Part shown: piece after piece, positions 18,970-28,775 of the stretch | Position numbering within the stretch: position 1 is the first letter of the stretch | Layout: each line of letters opens with the position of its first letter | DNA from: Ignavibacteria bacterium UBA2360 | Lineage (GTDB): Bacteria; Bacteroidota; Ignavibacteria; Tepidaquicellales; OLB5 | Length of the DNA stretch: 64,000 nucleotides | Reading direction: 5' to 3' | Assembly (NCBI GenBank): GCA_002344125.1 | Contig: DDTQ01000004.1 | Span: 4,717-68,716 of the forward strand | The notes under the pieces: generated by a model | What the model was told of the DNA's origin: nothing | Seen by the model: the letters and a program-made list of their open reading frames with translations, nothing else | Databases searched by the model: none | Position numbers and translations under genes: made by a program

Positions 18970-19737
18970 TTGAATTCATTTAAGATCGAATTGAAGTCGC
19001 TTTTTGACGCGATAAAAACGCTGAGTTTCAAGGAAACGTTTATTTTCCTTTCTGTTGCGGTGATAACTTTCCTTTCTATGCATTACGCTTCACCGAATTT
19101 CTTCAGGAAAGTTTTTGATACCTCTGATGACAAGTTTTACTCATTCCTTTATTGGTGCTCGGCTGATGGACTGCTGATGTTTATCATTCCCATGATCCTG
19201 ATACCATTGGTTTTAAAGGGTAAGCCGTCTGATTACGGATTCAGGCTGGGCGACTATAAATTCGGATTGAAGTCTTCACTACTATTTGTTGTGGTTATGC
19301 TTCCGTTCCTATGGATTGTCTCCGGAAATCAAAGCTTCGCTAAAACCTATCCCCAGGGCGGACCCTTTGTGAGGGAGAACATTTCAGTCTTGCTGTATTA
19401 CGAACTTTTTGTAGGCTTTTACATGCTTGCCTGGGAGTTTTTCTGGCGGGGGTATATGCTGTTTGGTCTGAAACAAAAATTCGGGTATTATGCAATTTTT
19501 ATTCAAATGATACCGTTCTTTATATTACACCGCGGAAAACCTGATATAGAAACTTTTGCTTCTATTTTTGCGGGATTGATCCTCGGCATACAGGCATGGA
19601 GAGCGAATTCATTCATCTACTGCTTTCTTGTACATTGGGCTGTTATGATATTTGTTGATGTGATTTCTGTCTTAAGGTACAAATCACAATCCTACGGTAT
19701 TGGCATCGACGATTTTTTAAAACTTTTTACAAACTAA
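18970..19737 (+). CDS. CPBP-family intramembrane glutamic endopeptidase (CAAX protease-like)
   Basis: Polytopic protein. Motif 1-like AWEFFWRGY, motif 2-like FFILHRG and a later FLVHW. TTG start. Confidence 0.6.
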   Translation: MNSFKIELKSLFDAIKTLSFKETFIFLSVAVITFLSMHYASPNFFRKVFDTSDDKFYSFLYWCSADGLLMFIIPMILIPLVLKGKPSDYGFRLGDYKFGLKSSLLFVVVMLPFLWIVSGNQSFAKTYPQGGPFVRENISVLLYYELFVGFYMLAWEFFWRGYMLFGLKQKFGYYAIFIQMIPFFILHRGKPDIETFASIFAGLILGIQAWRANSFIYCFLVHWAVMIFVDVISVLRYKSQSYGIGIDDFLKLFTN

Positions 19738-19749
19738 AATGTTACTAAA

Positions 19750-20472
19750 ATGAGACTCTGCATTAATATTGACCATATTGCCACCTTACGCCAGGCGAGG
19801 CTTGAAAAAGAGCCTGACCCCGTTTTTGCTGCTTCAATTTGTGAACTTGCGGGAGCCGACGGTATTGTTTGCCACTTGCGCGAGGATCGCAGGCATATGG
19901 TAGATAGAGACGTTTACATACTTAAAGATACAGTTCAGACCAAACTTGATCTGGAGATGGCCGCAACTGATGAAATGGTAAAAATAGCATGCGAAATCAA
20001 ACCCTACATGGTAACTCTTGTTCCCGAAAAGCGGCAAGAGCTTACTACTGAAGGCGGCTTGGATTTGACAGCAGCGGAATTCAGGCTTACACCGGCAATC
20101 GAAAAACTCAAAGATATCGGGATCAAAACCAGCCTGTTCATTGAACCTAATCCGGATAATGTTGACCAATCGCTGGAGTTTGGAGCGGATATGATCGAGA
20201 TCCATACGGGAAAATACGCCAGATTAACCGAACCTTCGGAGGTATTGGCGGAGCTTGAAAGGATTAGGCAAACGGCAAGCATTGCCAAAGAGCTTGGTAT
20301 TGGGGTAAACGCAGGGCATGGATTAAATTATCATAACATCACAGCAATTGCAAATATGCAGGATATTGATGAGGTTAGTATCGGACACTCTGTTATTGCC
20401 AGGGCAGTTTTTACCGGGTTGGATACAGCAGTTAAAGATATGCTGAATATAATCCGGAGGATACGGCAGTAG
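19750..20472 (+). CDS. pdxJ: pyridoxine 5'-phosphate synthase
   Basis: N-terminus MRLCINIDHIATLRQARLEKEPDP...IVCHLREDRRH and the later NAGHGLNY are classic PdxJ motifs. Confidence 0.9.
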   Translation: MRLCINIDHIATLRQARLEKEPDPVFAASICELAGADGIVCHLREDRRHMVDRDVYILKDTVQTKLDLEMAATDEMVKIACEIKPYMVTLVPEKRQELTTEGGLDLTAAEFRLTPAIEKLKDIGIKTSLFIEPNPDNVDQSLEFGADMIEIHTGKYARLTEPSEVLAELERIRQTASIAKELGIGVNAGHGLNYHNITAIANMQDIDEVSIGHSVIARAVFTGLDTAVKDMLNIIRRIRQ

Positions 20473-21212
20473 TGAATTTTTCTGAAAGCTTTATAAGAAG
20501 GTTAAAGGCTGCCGAAAATGTCACTGTTTTAACTGGCGCGGGAGTTTCAGCCGAAAGTGGAGTGCCAACTTTTCGGGATCCCGGCGGAATATGGGAAAAA
20601 TTCAAACCTGAACAGCTCGCAAACTTTGAGGCTTTTATGCGTGACCCCGATTTTGTGTGGAACTGGTATCAGCACAGAAGGGAAATAATGCGGGATGTTA
20701 AACCTAACGCCGGGCATTTTGCCCTCGCTGAAATGGAAAGTATATTCAGGAATTTCAATCTCATTACTCAGAATATCGATAACCTTCATTTCAGGGCCGG
20801 AAGCAAAAAGGTCACGGAGTTACACGGAAACATTGAAAGAAATTTTTGCATTTCATGCAGGAAGTTTGCTGAAGAAATTGATATAACTGAAAAAAAAGTA
20901 TTGAAATGTGAAAGCTGCGGCGGACTCATCAGGCCAGATGTTGTGTGGTTCGGTGAAATGCTGCCTATGCAGGCGCTTCAATTTTCAGAACAATGCGCAT
21001 CCAATTCCGATGTCTTTCTTTCTGTAGGGACATCTGCAGAGGTTTACCCGGCAGCTATGCTGCCTATTATTGCAAAAAAAGCGGGTGCTTATGTTGCAGA
21101 AATAAATCTGAACCCCACTGCAATTTCATGGGAATTGAATGAAACAATTTGCGGAAAAAGCGGGGAAGTACTTAGTGAACTTGTTAATTACTTAAAAGAA
21201 AACAAAAACTAA
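20472..21212 (+). CDS. cobB: NAD-dependent protein deacylase (Sir2 family)
   Basis: GAGVSAESGVPTFR, QNIDNLH and a CxxC...CxxC zinc ribbon (CISC...CESCGG). The GTG start overlaps the pdxJ stop by 1 nt. Confidence 0.85.
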   Translation: MNFSESFIRRLKAAENVTVLTGAGVSAESGVPTFRDPGGIWEKFKPEQLANFEAFMRDPDFVWNWYQHRREIMRDVKPNAGHFALAEMESIFRNFNLITQNIDNLHFRAGSKKVTELHGNIERNFCISCRKFAEEIDITEKKVLKCESCGGLIRPDVVWFGEMLPMQALQFSEQCASNSDVFLSVGTSAEVYPAAMLPIIAKKAGAYVAEINLNPTAISWELNETICGKSGEVLSELVNYLKENKN

Positions 21213-21953
21213 ATGCCATCAATATTAAAGGCGAATAATCTGGTGAAGCAATACAGCAAAAGAGCTGTTGTTGATGGCGTTAGTGTATCTGTTAAACAGG
21301 GAGAGATCGTTGGATTACTTGGTCCTAACGGGGCAGGCAAAACTACAACCTTTTACATGATCACCGGAATGATTAAGCCGAACTCAGGTGAAATAATGCT
21401 TGATGGAAGTGATATTTCAACTGAACCAATGTACAAACGGGCACGTTTGGGAATTGGATATCTTCCCCAGGAAGCCTCGATATTCAGAAAGATGAGCGTT
21501 TACCAGAATATTTATTCAGTGTTGGAATTTATGGCAATGGATAAATCCGAACGGGAAGATAAGGCTAATGAATTGATGAAAGAATTTGGCATTACTCATA
21601 TCGCTTCCAGCAAAGGTTTTGTCCTCTCAGGCGGCGAACGCCGCCGTACAGAAATTGCCAGAGCTATTGCTTCTGATCCCAAGTTCATTCTGCTTGATGA
21701 ACCCTTTGCAGGTATCGATCCTATAGCTGTTGAAGAGATCATGAAAATTGTAGCCAAACTCAGAAACAAAGGAATTGGAGTGTTGATCACTGACCATAAC
21801 GTGCATGAAACACTTTCTATTGTTGATAGAGGGTACATCCTCATAGAAGGCAAGATCTTCCGGCAGGGTTCCTCTGAATCTCTGGCAGGTGATGAAATGG
21901 TCAGAAAGCTCTATCTCGGTGAAACCTTTAAACTTGATAGGTACAAATTATGA
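21213..21953 (+). CDS. lptB: LPS export ABC transporter ATP-binding protein
   Basis: Near-colinear with E. coli LptB as I recall it: GEIVGLLGPNGAGKTTTFYMITG, GIGYLPQEASIFRKMSVYQNI, LSGGERRRTEIARA. Confidence 0.85.
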   Translation: MPSILKANNLVKQYSKRAVVDGVSVSVKQGEIVGLLGPNGAGKTTTFYMITGMIKPNSGEIMLDGSDISTEPMYKRARLGIGYLPQEASIFRKMSVYQNIYSVLEFMAMDKSEREDKANELMKEFGITHIASSKGFVLSGGERRRTEIARAIASDPKFILLDEPFAGIDPIAVEEIMKIVAKLRNKGIGVLITDHNVHETLSIVDRGYILIEGKIFRQGSSESLAGDEMVRKLYLGETFKLDRYKL

Positions 21954-22651
21954 ACAAAGTGCTTCTTGCGGTTTCTGCGCACCCGGATGATATAGAGTTT
22001 TCAAGCGGCGGTACGATGTTCAAGTTCAAAGAGCTTGGCTACGATATTTACTTTATTGTTGCAACCAACGGAGAAAACGGTTTTAAAATAGACCATAAAC
22101 CTAAAACCCAGCGTATAAAAACCAGGCATAAAGAACAATTAAGGGCGGCGGAAATACTTGGAGTAAAGAAAGTCTTTTTCCTTAATTATAAGGATTGCCT
22201 TCTTAAAAATGATGATAAACTAAGAAAGCAAATTGCGTTAATTATCAAGAAAGTAAAGCCTGAAATAATATTTTCGTTTGATCCTGCAAACAGATCATTT
22301 GAAAGCGTAAACCTGCTGCATAGAGATCACCGTGTTATTTCTGAGGCTGTGTTTGATGCAGTGTTCGCGGCGCGTAACAGGTATTTGATACCGGGTAAAC
22401 CCTTTGCTGTTAAAACTTTTTGGTTCTTTGGCTGCAATAAGCCCAACCACTATGAAAATATCACTAAATATATAAATGATAAGATCAAACTCATTTCTGC
22501 TCACAGATCGCAGTTCAGTGAGCATGAATCCATGAGCGAGTGGGTTAAAACACACCTTTCAAGTTACACCGGGAAATATAAATATAGTGAAAAATTCAGG
22601 ATTGTTACTATTACGCAGCCATTCGTTAAGGAAGGAATAGGTACAGTTTGA
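21950..22651 (+). CDS. PIG-L/LmbE-family deacetylase
   Basis: N-terminal AHPDDIEF motif and a later HRDH. ATGA overlap with lptB. Confidence 0.7.
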   Translation: MNKVLLAVSAHPDDIEFSSGGTMFKFKELGYDIYFIVATNGENGFKIDHKPKTQRIKTRHKEQLRAAEILGVKKVFFLNYKDCLLKNDDKLRKQIALIIKKVKPEIIFSFDPANRSFESVNLLHRDHRVISEAVFDAVFAARNRYLIPGKPFAVKTFWFFGCNKPNHYENITKYINDKIKLISAHRSQFSEHESMSEWVKTHLSSYTGKYKYSEKFRIVTITQPFVKEGIGTV

Positions 22652-23022
22652 TCTCAGTTAGTGAAGAGAAATTCGGTGAAATGATGGAAAATGCCCTCCA
22701 CAATATACCTGAGCCGTTTAAAGATAAGATCGAAAATCTTGTTTTTATGGTCGAACCGCTTCCCAGCCAGGCTGATCTTGGTAGAGTTGGCTTGACAGAT
22801 AAATACTCTCTGCTTGGAATATATTCGGGTGTGCCCTATACTCACAGGAACACATATTATATGAATACTACGCCGGACCGGATAATACTTTTCCAGAAGA
22901 ATATTGAGAGATTTTGTGATAACGAATCTGAATTAAAGGAAAAGATCCGGGAAGTGCTGGTGCATGAAATTGCTCACTATTTCGGAATGGATGAAGACCA
23001 GGTGAGGGCCGCGGGCTATTAG
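22648..23022 (+). CDS. small zinc metallopeptidase-like protein (zinicin/DUF1025-type)
   Basis: 124 aa with a C-terminal HEIAHYFG (HExxH) motif. 4-nt overlap with the upstream gene. Confidence 0.6.
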   Translation: MISVSEEKFGEMMENALHNIPEPFKDKIENLVFMVEPLPSQADLGRVGLTDKYSLLGIYSGVPYTHRNTYYMNTTPDRIILFQKNIERFCDNESELKEKIREVLVHEIAHYFGMDEDQVRAAGY

Positions 23023-23042
23023 TTTTACATGTTGTTTTAATG

Positions 23043-24746
23043 CTAAATTTCTATTTGTGACCCCACTTCAAAAACCCTGTCTGTTGGTATATCAAAGAAT
23101 TCAGTAGCCCGCTGTGAGTTGCGGGATAGCAGCGCGAATATTTTCTTTCTGAACCTGTTAAACCCGACTTTATCCTTTACAATCAGCAGCTCTCTGCCAA
23201 GGAAGAATGTGGTTTTTTCCATTTTGATATTAAGACCATTCTTGTTAAGTATTTCTAAGATCTGGGAAATGTTCGCTTTATCCATAAATCCGTAATACGC
23301 TACCACCCTGTAAAAACCTTCTGTCGGATTTACTATTTCTATGGTTTCTGCCGTGTTCACACGCGGAATTTTTTGATAAATAATGCTTAATACAATTATC
23401 TGTTTGTGAAGTATCCTGTTATGTTTAAGATTCTTTACCAGCGCAGGCGGTGTACCCTTAGGATTGCTTGACATGTATATCGCCGTACCCGGAGTAGTTA
23501 CAACCCTGGTGCTCATCACTTCATCAATAAAACGTTCAATTGGCTGAGTTTGCTCTTCTATTTTCTGAAGCAGGTTTTTCCTTCCCCAGTTCCAGGTCGT
23601 CATTATAAAATATACAGCTATTCCAAGTACCAAAGGAACCCAGCCGCCATGAAGAAGCTTAAGTGAGTTCGCAATGAAGAATGAAAGGTCAAACGAGATA
23701 AAAATTGATGTTAAAACTATTGCTGCAATAACGGGCCATCTCCACTTTCTCATTGCGAAAAACGCCAGGAATGAAGTTATAACCATAGTTAATGTGACCG
23801 CAATGCCGTATGCCGCCGCAAGATTGCTCGAATTTCTGAATTGAAGAACAAGTATAACTGTGGCAATAAACAGCAGCCAGTTAAGCTGCGGAATGTATAT
23901 CTGACCTCTTTCATCCTTTGAGGTATGTATGATCCTCAAACGAGGAAGGTAACCCAATTGAAGTGCTTGTTGTGTCAATGAAAACGCTCCTGAAATTACA
24001 GCCTGTGATGCGATCACAGTTGCAAGAGTTGCCAAGATTACCATCGGATACAACGCCCACTCCGGGGCCAGATGATAAAACGGATTTGAGATAGATTCCG
24101 GTTCTCTTAACAGTAATGCCCCTTGCCCAAAGTAGTTAAGCAGTAAACACGGCAGCACATAAACATACCAAACAAACCTTATGGGTTTCCGGCCAAAATG
24201 ACCCATATCTGCGTACAATGCTTCGCCTCCCGTCACAACCAGGAACACCGAACCCAGGATCACAAATCCATGAAATCCATTGTTAATAAAAAAGTTTACG
24301 GCATAAATCGGATTCATTGCGGCGAAGATATGCGGATTTTCAACTACAGAAATTGCTCCCAACAGCGCCAGTGTGAAAAACCATACCAGAGTTATAGGAC
24401 CAAAAACAATTCCAACTTTTGCGGTACCTTTTTTCTGCAGAAAAAACAGAATGAAGAGAATTCCGATTGTAAGGGGAATCACCAGATGTTCAAAAAACGG
24501 GGAGGCTATAGTTAATCCTTCCATGGCACTAAGTACCGAAATTGCCGGAGTAATAATACCATCACCATAAAGCAATGATGCGCCAAACAGACCAACAGTA
24601 ATTACCAGAAAGTACACAAATTTCTTTTTTGCCGGCTTTACAAGTTCCATTAAAGCCAGTATCCCGCCTTCGCCTTCATTATCGGCTCTCATAACAATTA
24701 GCAGGTACCAAACTGAAATGAGAAGTACCAATGACCAGAATATCAA
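23043..24746 (-). CDS. kup: KUP/HAK/KT potassium transporter (minimum extent; the true N-terminus probably lies upstream, see findings)
   Basis: MRADNEGEGGILAL and the long polytopic body are typical Kup. The conserved GALGVVYGDIGTSPLYALRECF motif is encoded in frame upstream of 24746, with no ATG/GTG/TTG before it. Confidence 0.85.
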   Translation of the reverse strand: MIFWSLVLLISVWYLLIVMRADNEGEGGILALMELVKPAKKKFVYFLVITVGLFGASLLYGDGIITPAISVLSAMEGLTIASPFFEHLVIPLTIGILFILFFLQKKGTAKVGIVFGPITLVWFFTLALLGAISVVENPHIFAAMNPIYAVNFFINNGFHGFVILGSVFLVVTGGEALYADMGHFGRKPIRFVWYVYVLPCLLLNYFGQGALLLREPESISNPFYHLAPEWALYPMVILATLATVIASQAVISGAFSLTQQALQLGYLPRLRIIHTSKDERGQIYIPQLNWLLFIATVILVLQFRNSSNLAAAYGIAVTLTMVITSFLAFFAMRKWRWPVIAAIVLTSIFISFDLSFFIANSLKLLHGGWVPLVLGIAVYFIMTTWNWGRKNLLQKIEEQTQPIERFIDEVMSTRVVTTPGTAIYMSSNPKGTPPALVKNLKHNRILHKQIIVLSIIYQKIPRVNTAETIEIVNPTEGFYRVVAYYGFMDKANISQILEILNKNGLNIKMEKTTFFLGRELLIVKDKVGFNRFRKKIFALLSRNSQRATEFFDIPTDRVFEVGSQIEI

Positions 24747-25145
24747 AGATAGAACTCCTAATATATTGGCCTCAGTTGGTGCAACTCCGTGATGCGGATT
24801 AAAACATTCTCTAAGTGCGTATAAAGGACTGGTACCAATATCTCCGTATACTACTCCCAGTGCTCCCAGGGATAGAAAGAGAAAATACTTCAGATTTCTT
24901 TGAGCGCCATGCTCTTCGGGTGAATTACTATTTGCGGTTTCGGTACTTATTACAATTGTATTTAGTTTAACATCATATTTGATCCTTCAATTTCAGGATC
25001 AAACTGAAAACAAATTTAACAAATTCAAAATCATTAAAAAACTTATAATTCAATACTTATTTTGAACTAATATTTTTTTCATTTTGTTGAAATAACTGAA
25101 AATTGCACTTTCAATTAAAAAATCATAAAATTATATTGCGTAATC

Positions 25146-25448
25146 ATGAGCAGAATATTATTTCAGATAAATTACGATGTTCATCCCGAAAAAAGGGATG
25201 ATTACCTGGCTGCTGCCAAAGAACTTGAAGCTTACATTAGATCAAAAACTGACCATAACTACATGGTTGTTGAAGATAAGAACAAAGCTAACAGTTTTAC
25301 CGAAGTTTACATACTTAAGGATGAAGCGGAATTTGAAGGACTTGAAGATGAAATGGATGATACCATCTACGGCCTTACTACAAAGATCTTAAGCCAGTAT
25401 GTTGTTGACGGGAAAACACGGTATTATACTCATTACGAGATAGACTGA
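25146..25448 (+). CDS. hypothetical 100-aa acidic protein
   Basis: An intact ORF in an otherwise non-coding gap. I recognise no motif. Confidence 0.5.
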   Translation: MSRILFQINYDVHPEKRDDYLAAAKELEAYIRSKTDHNYMVVEDKNKANSFTEVYILKDEAEFEGLEDEMDDTIYGLTTKILSQYVVDGKTRYYTHYEID

Positions 25449-25566
25449 TAGTTTGTTTTTTTCCCGGGGTTATTTGCAGAATTGGCTTTAATTCCTGCTA
25501 TACCTTTATATCTGGACACTTAAGAAGCAATTTTATTGTTAATTTAGTCCGGAACATAAGAAAAAA

Positions 25567-27792
25567 TTGGCAAAACTCAGTAAAAATAAAAGAGAGTTTA
25601 AAACCGATAAGACGGTGAAGTTCTTTATTGCCTTTATTACAGTTATTCTCATAACTGCCATGTTTCCAAGTACTGAAACTATCGAAACTGACTACATGAC
25701 CGGAATGGTCTGGAGCAAAGAGGACCTTATTGCCCCGTTCAGTTTTCCCGTATATAAGAGTGAATCGGTTTATTCTAAAGAAGTTGGTGAAGCCCGAAGC
25801 AAAGTTTACCCTGTATTTGATGTGAATATTCAAAAAGCCGGCGAAAACAACTGGCTTGATTCAGTGAACAGTCAGTTTGCCCGCCTGACAAAAGTTTCTG
25901 ATTATGAAACCGAGCTTGAAAAAGAGAAATCGCTTCCTGAACAAAGACGCACTACAAGCGAACAGACTCTTAACAAACTCAAATCTGAACTCAGTTTCAC
26001 GCTTACTGAAGCTGAGTGGAATAGTCTCAAAACTACTCTTGGGAATCCCCAAACCTCAGACGCATTCAAAAAAAAGATCATACAGTCAATTAACCAGGTT
26101 TACGATAAAAAGATAATTGATTTACCGAAATCCGGAATTACTTCCGGTAAGATCTCTTTCATAAAGAATAAAGTTGAAGAAAGTGTGGATCTTTCCGAAG
26201 TGCGTGACCTCAACGAAGTTGATAAGATACTTAATAATGACTTTACAAGCTATTTTAAGAATGAAGAGCTTGCCGCAATTTCACTTAAAATAGCAAAACT
26301 CTATATCTACCCTGACTATATCTACAACGAAGCGGAAACTCAGAAGATACTTTCATCAGTAACCGATGCAGTACCCAAAACATTCGGGTTGGTGCGCGAA
26401 AATGAAAGGATCATAAGCAAACATGAACCGATAAATGAAGTTGCGAAGCTGAAACTTGAATCTTACAAAAAGATACGCAATGAACAAATGGGCTCAAGTG
26501 ATTACTACCTGCAGCAGGTGGGACGTTTTCTTTTTGTTCTGCTGATGATTTTTTTACTCGGTATTTTCCTCTATAAAATGAGAGCATCCATTTTTGATGA
26601 CAATTTAAAGCTTATACTGATATCAACAATACTGCTGCTTCAATGCCTGCTCTCTTATCTTAGCCTCCAGCTGCAGATCAATTACCCAATCGAATATATC
26701 ATCTTCGTTCCCGTAGCAGCTATGCTGCTTACAATTATCTTTGACTCAAGGGTTGCCGTGTATGCTATTATGATAATATGCATCCTGGTTTCAGCGGTTC
26801 GCGGGGGTGATTATGATATACTTATTCCTAATTTTGCCGCTTCTGTGCTTGTGGTCTATTCTGTACGTGATATTAAAAAGCGGTCGCAGATATTCATTTC
26901 AATGATCTATATACTCCTGGGGTATTTTGCGGCTATCATAGCCATCGGGCTTGAACGTTATGAAGATATTAATGTGATAAAAAATCAGCTTATCGGTGCC
27001 GGGCTAAACGCTATACTTTCACCAATTTTAGCTTACGGCTTGCTTATATTTTATGAGAAAGTTTTCAGAGTGGCAACTGATCTGGTTTTTCTGGAGCTTA
27101 GTGACTTTAATAATCCGCTGCTTCGCGATCTCTCTTCCAAAGCGCCCGGTACATTCCATCATTCAATAATTATGGGTAACCTCTCCGAACAGGCTGCCAA
27201 GGAAATTGGAGCGAACCAGATCCTTGCAAGAGTAGGATGCTATTACCATGATATTGGAAAGATGATGAACCCTGATTATTTTGTTGAAAACCAAATGGAT
27301 TCTAATAAGCATGAAGAGCTGAATCCATCGCTTAGCGCAAAAATGATCATAGCGCATGTTAAAAATGGCATAAAAATGGCGGAAAGATTCAGATTGCCAA
27401 AAGAAATTATCGATTTCATACCAATGCACCATGGGACAAACCTGGTTTCTTATTTTTATGCGAAGGCGCGTACTGATGAAGGTGAAATAGATACTTCGCA
27501 TGAATATATTTACAGGTACCCGGGGCCAAAACCGCAAACCAAAGAAACCGGGATAGTAATGCTTGCCGATTCTGTTGAAGCCGCCACCCGCTCAATAGAA
27601 GATCCGACACCGGCTAAACTTGAAACGCAGATAAGCGAAATTATAAGGGCTAGATTTCTTGACGGCGAGCTTGATGAATGCGATCTCACTTTAAAAGACC
27701 TGATAAAGATAAAACAAAGTTTCCTTAAAACTGTTGTTGGAATTCATCACCACAGAATTAAGTATCCTGAAAATGCTGAAGAAGAAGATTGA
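25567..27792 (+). CDS. pgpH: 7TM-HD membrane phosphohydrolase (PgpH/YqfF-type HDIG protein, putative c-di-AMP phosphodiesterase)
   Basis: Extracellular N-terminal domain, a 7-TM block, then an HD domain (HHSIIMGNLSE...GCYYHDIGK...HHGT). TTG start. Confidence 0.75.
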   Translation: MAKLSKNKREFKTDKTVKFFIAFITVILITAMFPSTETIETDYMTGMVWSKEDLIAPFSFPVYKSESVYSKEVGEARSKVYPVFDVNIQKAGENNWLDSVNSQFARLTKVSDYETELEKEKSLPEQRRTTSEQTLNKLKSELSFTLTEAEWNSLKTTLGNPQTSDAFKKKIIQSINQVYDKKIIDLPKSGITSGKISFIKNKVEESVDLSEVRDLNEVDKILNNDFTSYFKNEELAAISLKIAKLYIYPDYIYNEAETQKILSSVTDAVPKTFGLVRENERIISKHEPINEVAKLKLESYKKIRNEQMGSSDYYLQQVGRFLFVLLMIFLLGIFLYKMRASIFDDNLKLILISTILLLQCLLSYLSLQLQINYPIEYIIFVPVAAMLLTIIFDSRVAVYAIMIICILVSAVRGGDYDILIPNFAASVLVVYSVRDIKKRSQIFISMIYILLGYFAAIIAIGLERYEDINVIKNQLIGAGLNAILSPILAYGLLIFYEKVFRVATDLVFLELSDFNNPLLRDLSSKAPGTFHHSIIMGNLSEQAAKEIGANQILARVGCYYHDIGKMMNPDYFVENQMDSNKHEELNPSLSAKMIIAHVKNGIKMAERFRLPKEIIDFIPMHHGTNLVSYFYAKARTDEGEIDTSHEYIYRYPGPKPQTKETGIVMLADSVEAATRSIEDPTPAKLETQISEIIRARFLDGELDECDLTLKDLIKIKQSFLKTVVGIHHHRIKYPENAEEED

Positions 27793-28705
27793 AAGATCAG
27801 TTTCAGTTGATACCAAAAAACACCAGATGCAAAGCTTCCTGCTTTACCTGGAGCTTGAAAGATCCCTTTCGCCAAACACAATCCATTCTTATTCATTTGA
27901 TCTGGATAAATTCAGGTTGTTCCTGGATGAGCTGAATGTTCGTGGATTTGAGGATGTTGAAGAATCACACATAGAAAAATTCCTTGCGGTACTTAAAAAA
28001 GATCTTAAAGCCGCGTCAACTGCCAGAATGCTCTCTGCACTCAGGCAATTTTATGATCATTTGATAGATTCTAAATCCTGTGATATAAAACTAAATCCAC
28101 TGGAATTTTTCGACTCACCAAAACTCGTCAGAAAATTGCCGGATGTACTTACCATCGAAGAAATTGAAAAGCTGCTCGCGCAGCCTGATGTGAATACGCC
28201 TCTCGGTTTGCGGGATAAAACCATACTCGAAATTATGTATGCCTGCGGATTAAGAGTAAGCGAAGTTCTGACTCTAAAAACCTCAAATATCCTGTATTCT
28301 GATGAAGTTGTTCGTGTTATTGGGAAAGGCTCAAAGGAAAGAATTGTGCCGATTGCCGCTTCAACTCTTGAATGGATAAAGTTGTACATAGAAAAGTCCA
28401 GAACCGTGATTTCCGGACCGCATTCTGAAGAAGATCTGTTCCTGAACTGGCGGGGGAGGAAGCTTTCCAGAATGGCAATTTGGGATATCATCAACAAATA
28501 TACCAAACTAACAGGGATCCAAAAGCAGATACACCCGCACATCCTTCGGCACTCATTTGCTACGCATCTGCTTGAAGGCGGAGCCGACCTGCGGTCAATC
28601 CAGGAAATGCTGGGTCACGCCGATATAAGCACCACTCAAATTTACACTCATGTAGATATTACTTATCTTAAACAGGTTCATAAGGAATTCCATCCGCGGG
28701 GGTAA
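27773..28705 (+). CDS. xerD: tyrosine site-specific recombinase XerD/XerC
   Basis: N-terminal SAM-like FLLYLELERSLSPNTIHSYSFDL. C-terminal catalytic region ARMLSALR...GLRVSE...HILRHSFATHLLEGGADLRSIQEMLGHADISTTQIYTHV. I prefer the ATG at 27773 over the TTG at 27734. Confidence 0.8.
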   Translation: MLKKKIERSVSVDTKKHQMQSFLLYLELERSLSPNTIHSYSFDLDKFRLFLDELNVRGFEDVEESHIEKFLAVLKKDLKAASTARMLSALRQFYDHLIDSKSCDIKLNPLEFFDSPKLVRKLPDVLTIEEIEKLLAQPDVNTPLGLRDKTILEIMYACGLRVSEVLTLKTSNILYSDEVVRVIGKGSKERIVPIAASTLEWIKLYIEKSRTVISGPHSEEDLFLNWRGRKLSRMAIWDIINKYTKLTGIQKQIHPHILRHSFATHLLEGGADLRSIQEMLGHADISTTQIYTHVDITYLKQVHKEFHPRG

Positions 28706-28775
28706 TTTTTAAATCCTGATCGAAGTGCTTAAATTTCAATGCCCGGTACAATAAAGAAGGTCATAAAAAACAGAT

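Noticed and set aside
24990-25145. c-di-AMP (ydaO-type) or other riboswitch in the kup leader
   Set aside because: The leader is very AT-rich. It lacks the GC-rich paired elements and conserved ACGGGGA-type cores I would expect. Only a cmscan could exclude a riboswitch formally.
25498-25833. 111-aa minus-strand ORF overlapping the start of the PgpH-like gene
   Set aside because: It overlaps the N-terminus of a well-supported gene and has no recognisable features, so I treat it as a shadow ORF.
27773-28705. XerD as the integrase of the ROCO island or another mobile element
   Set aside because: It is about 19 kb from the island and embedded among housekeeping genes. It has the canonical XerC/D N- and C-terminal motifs and no attachment-site repeats that I can see.
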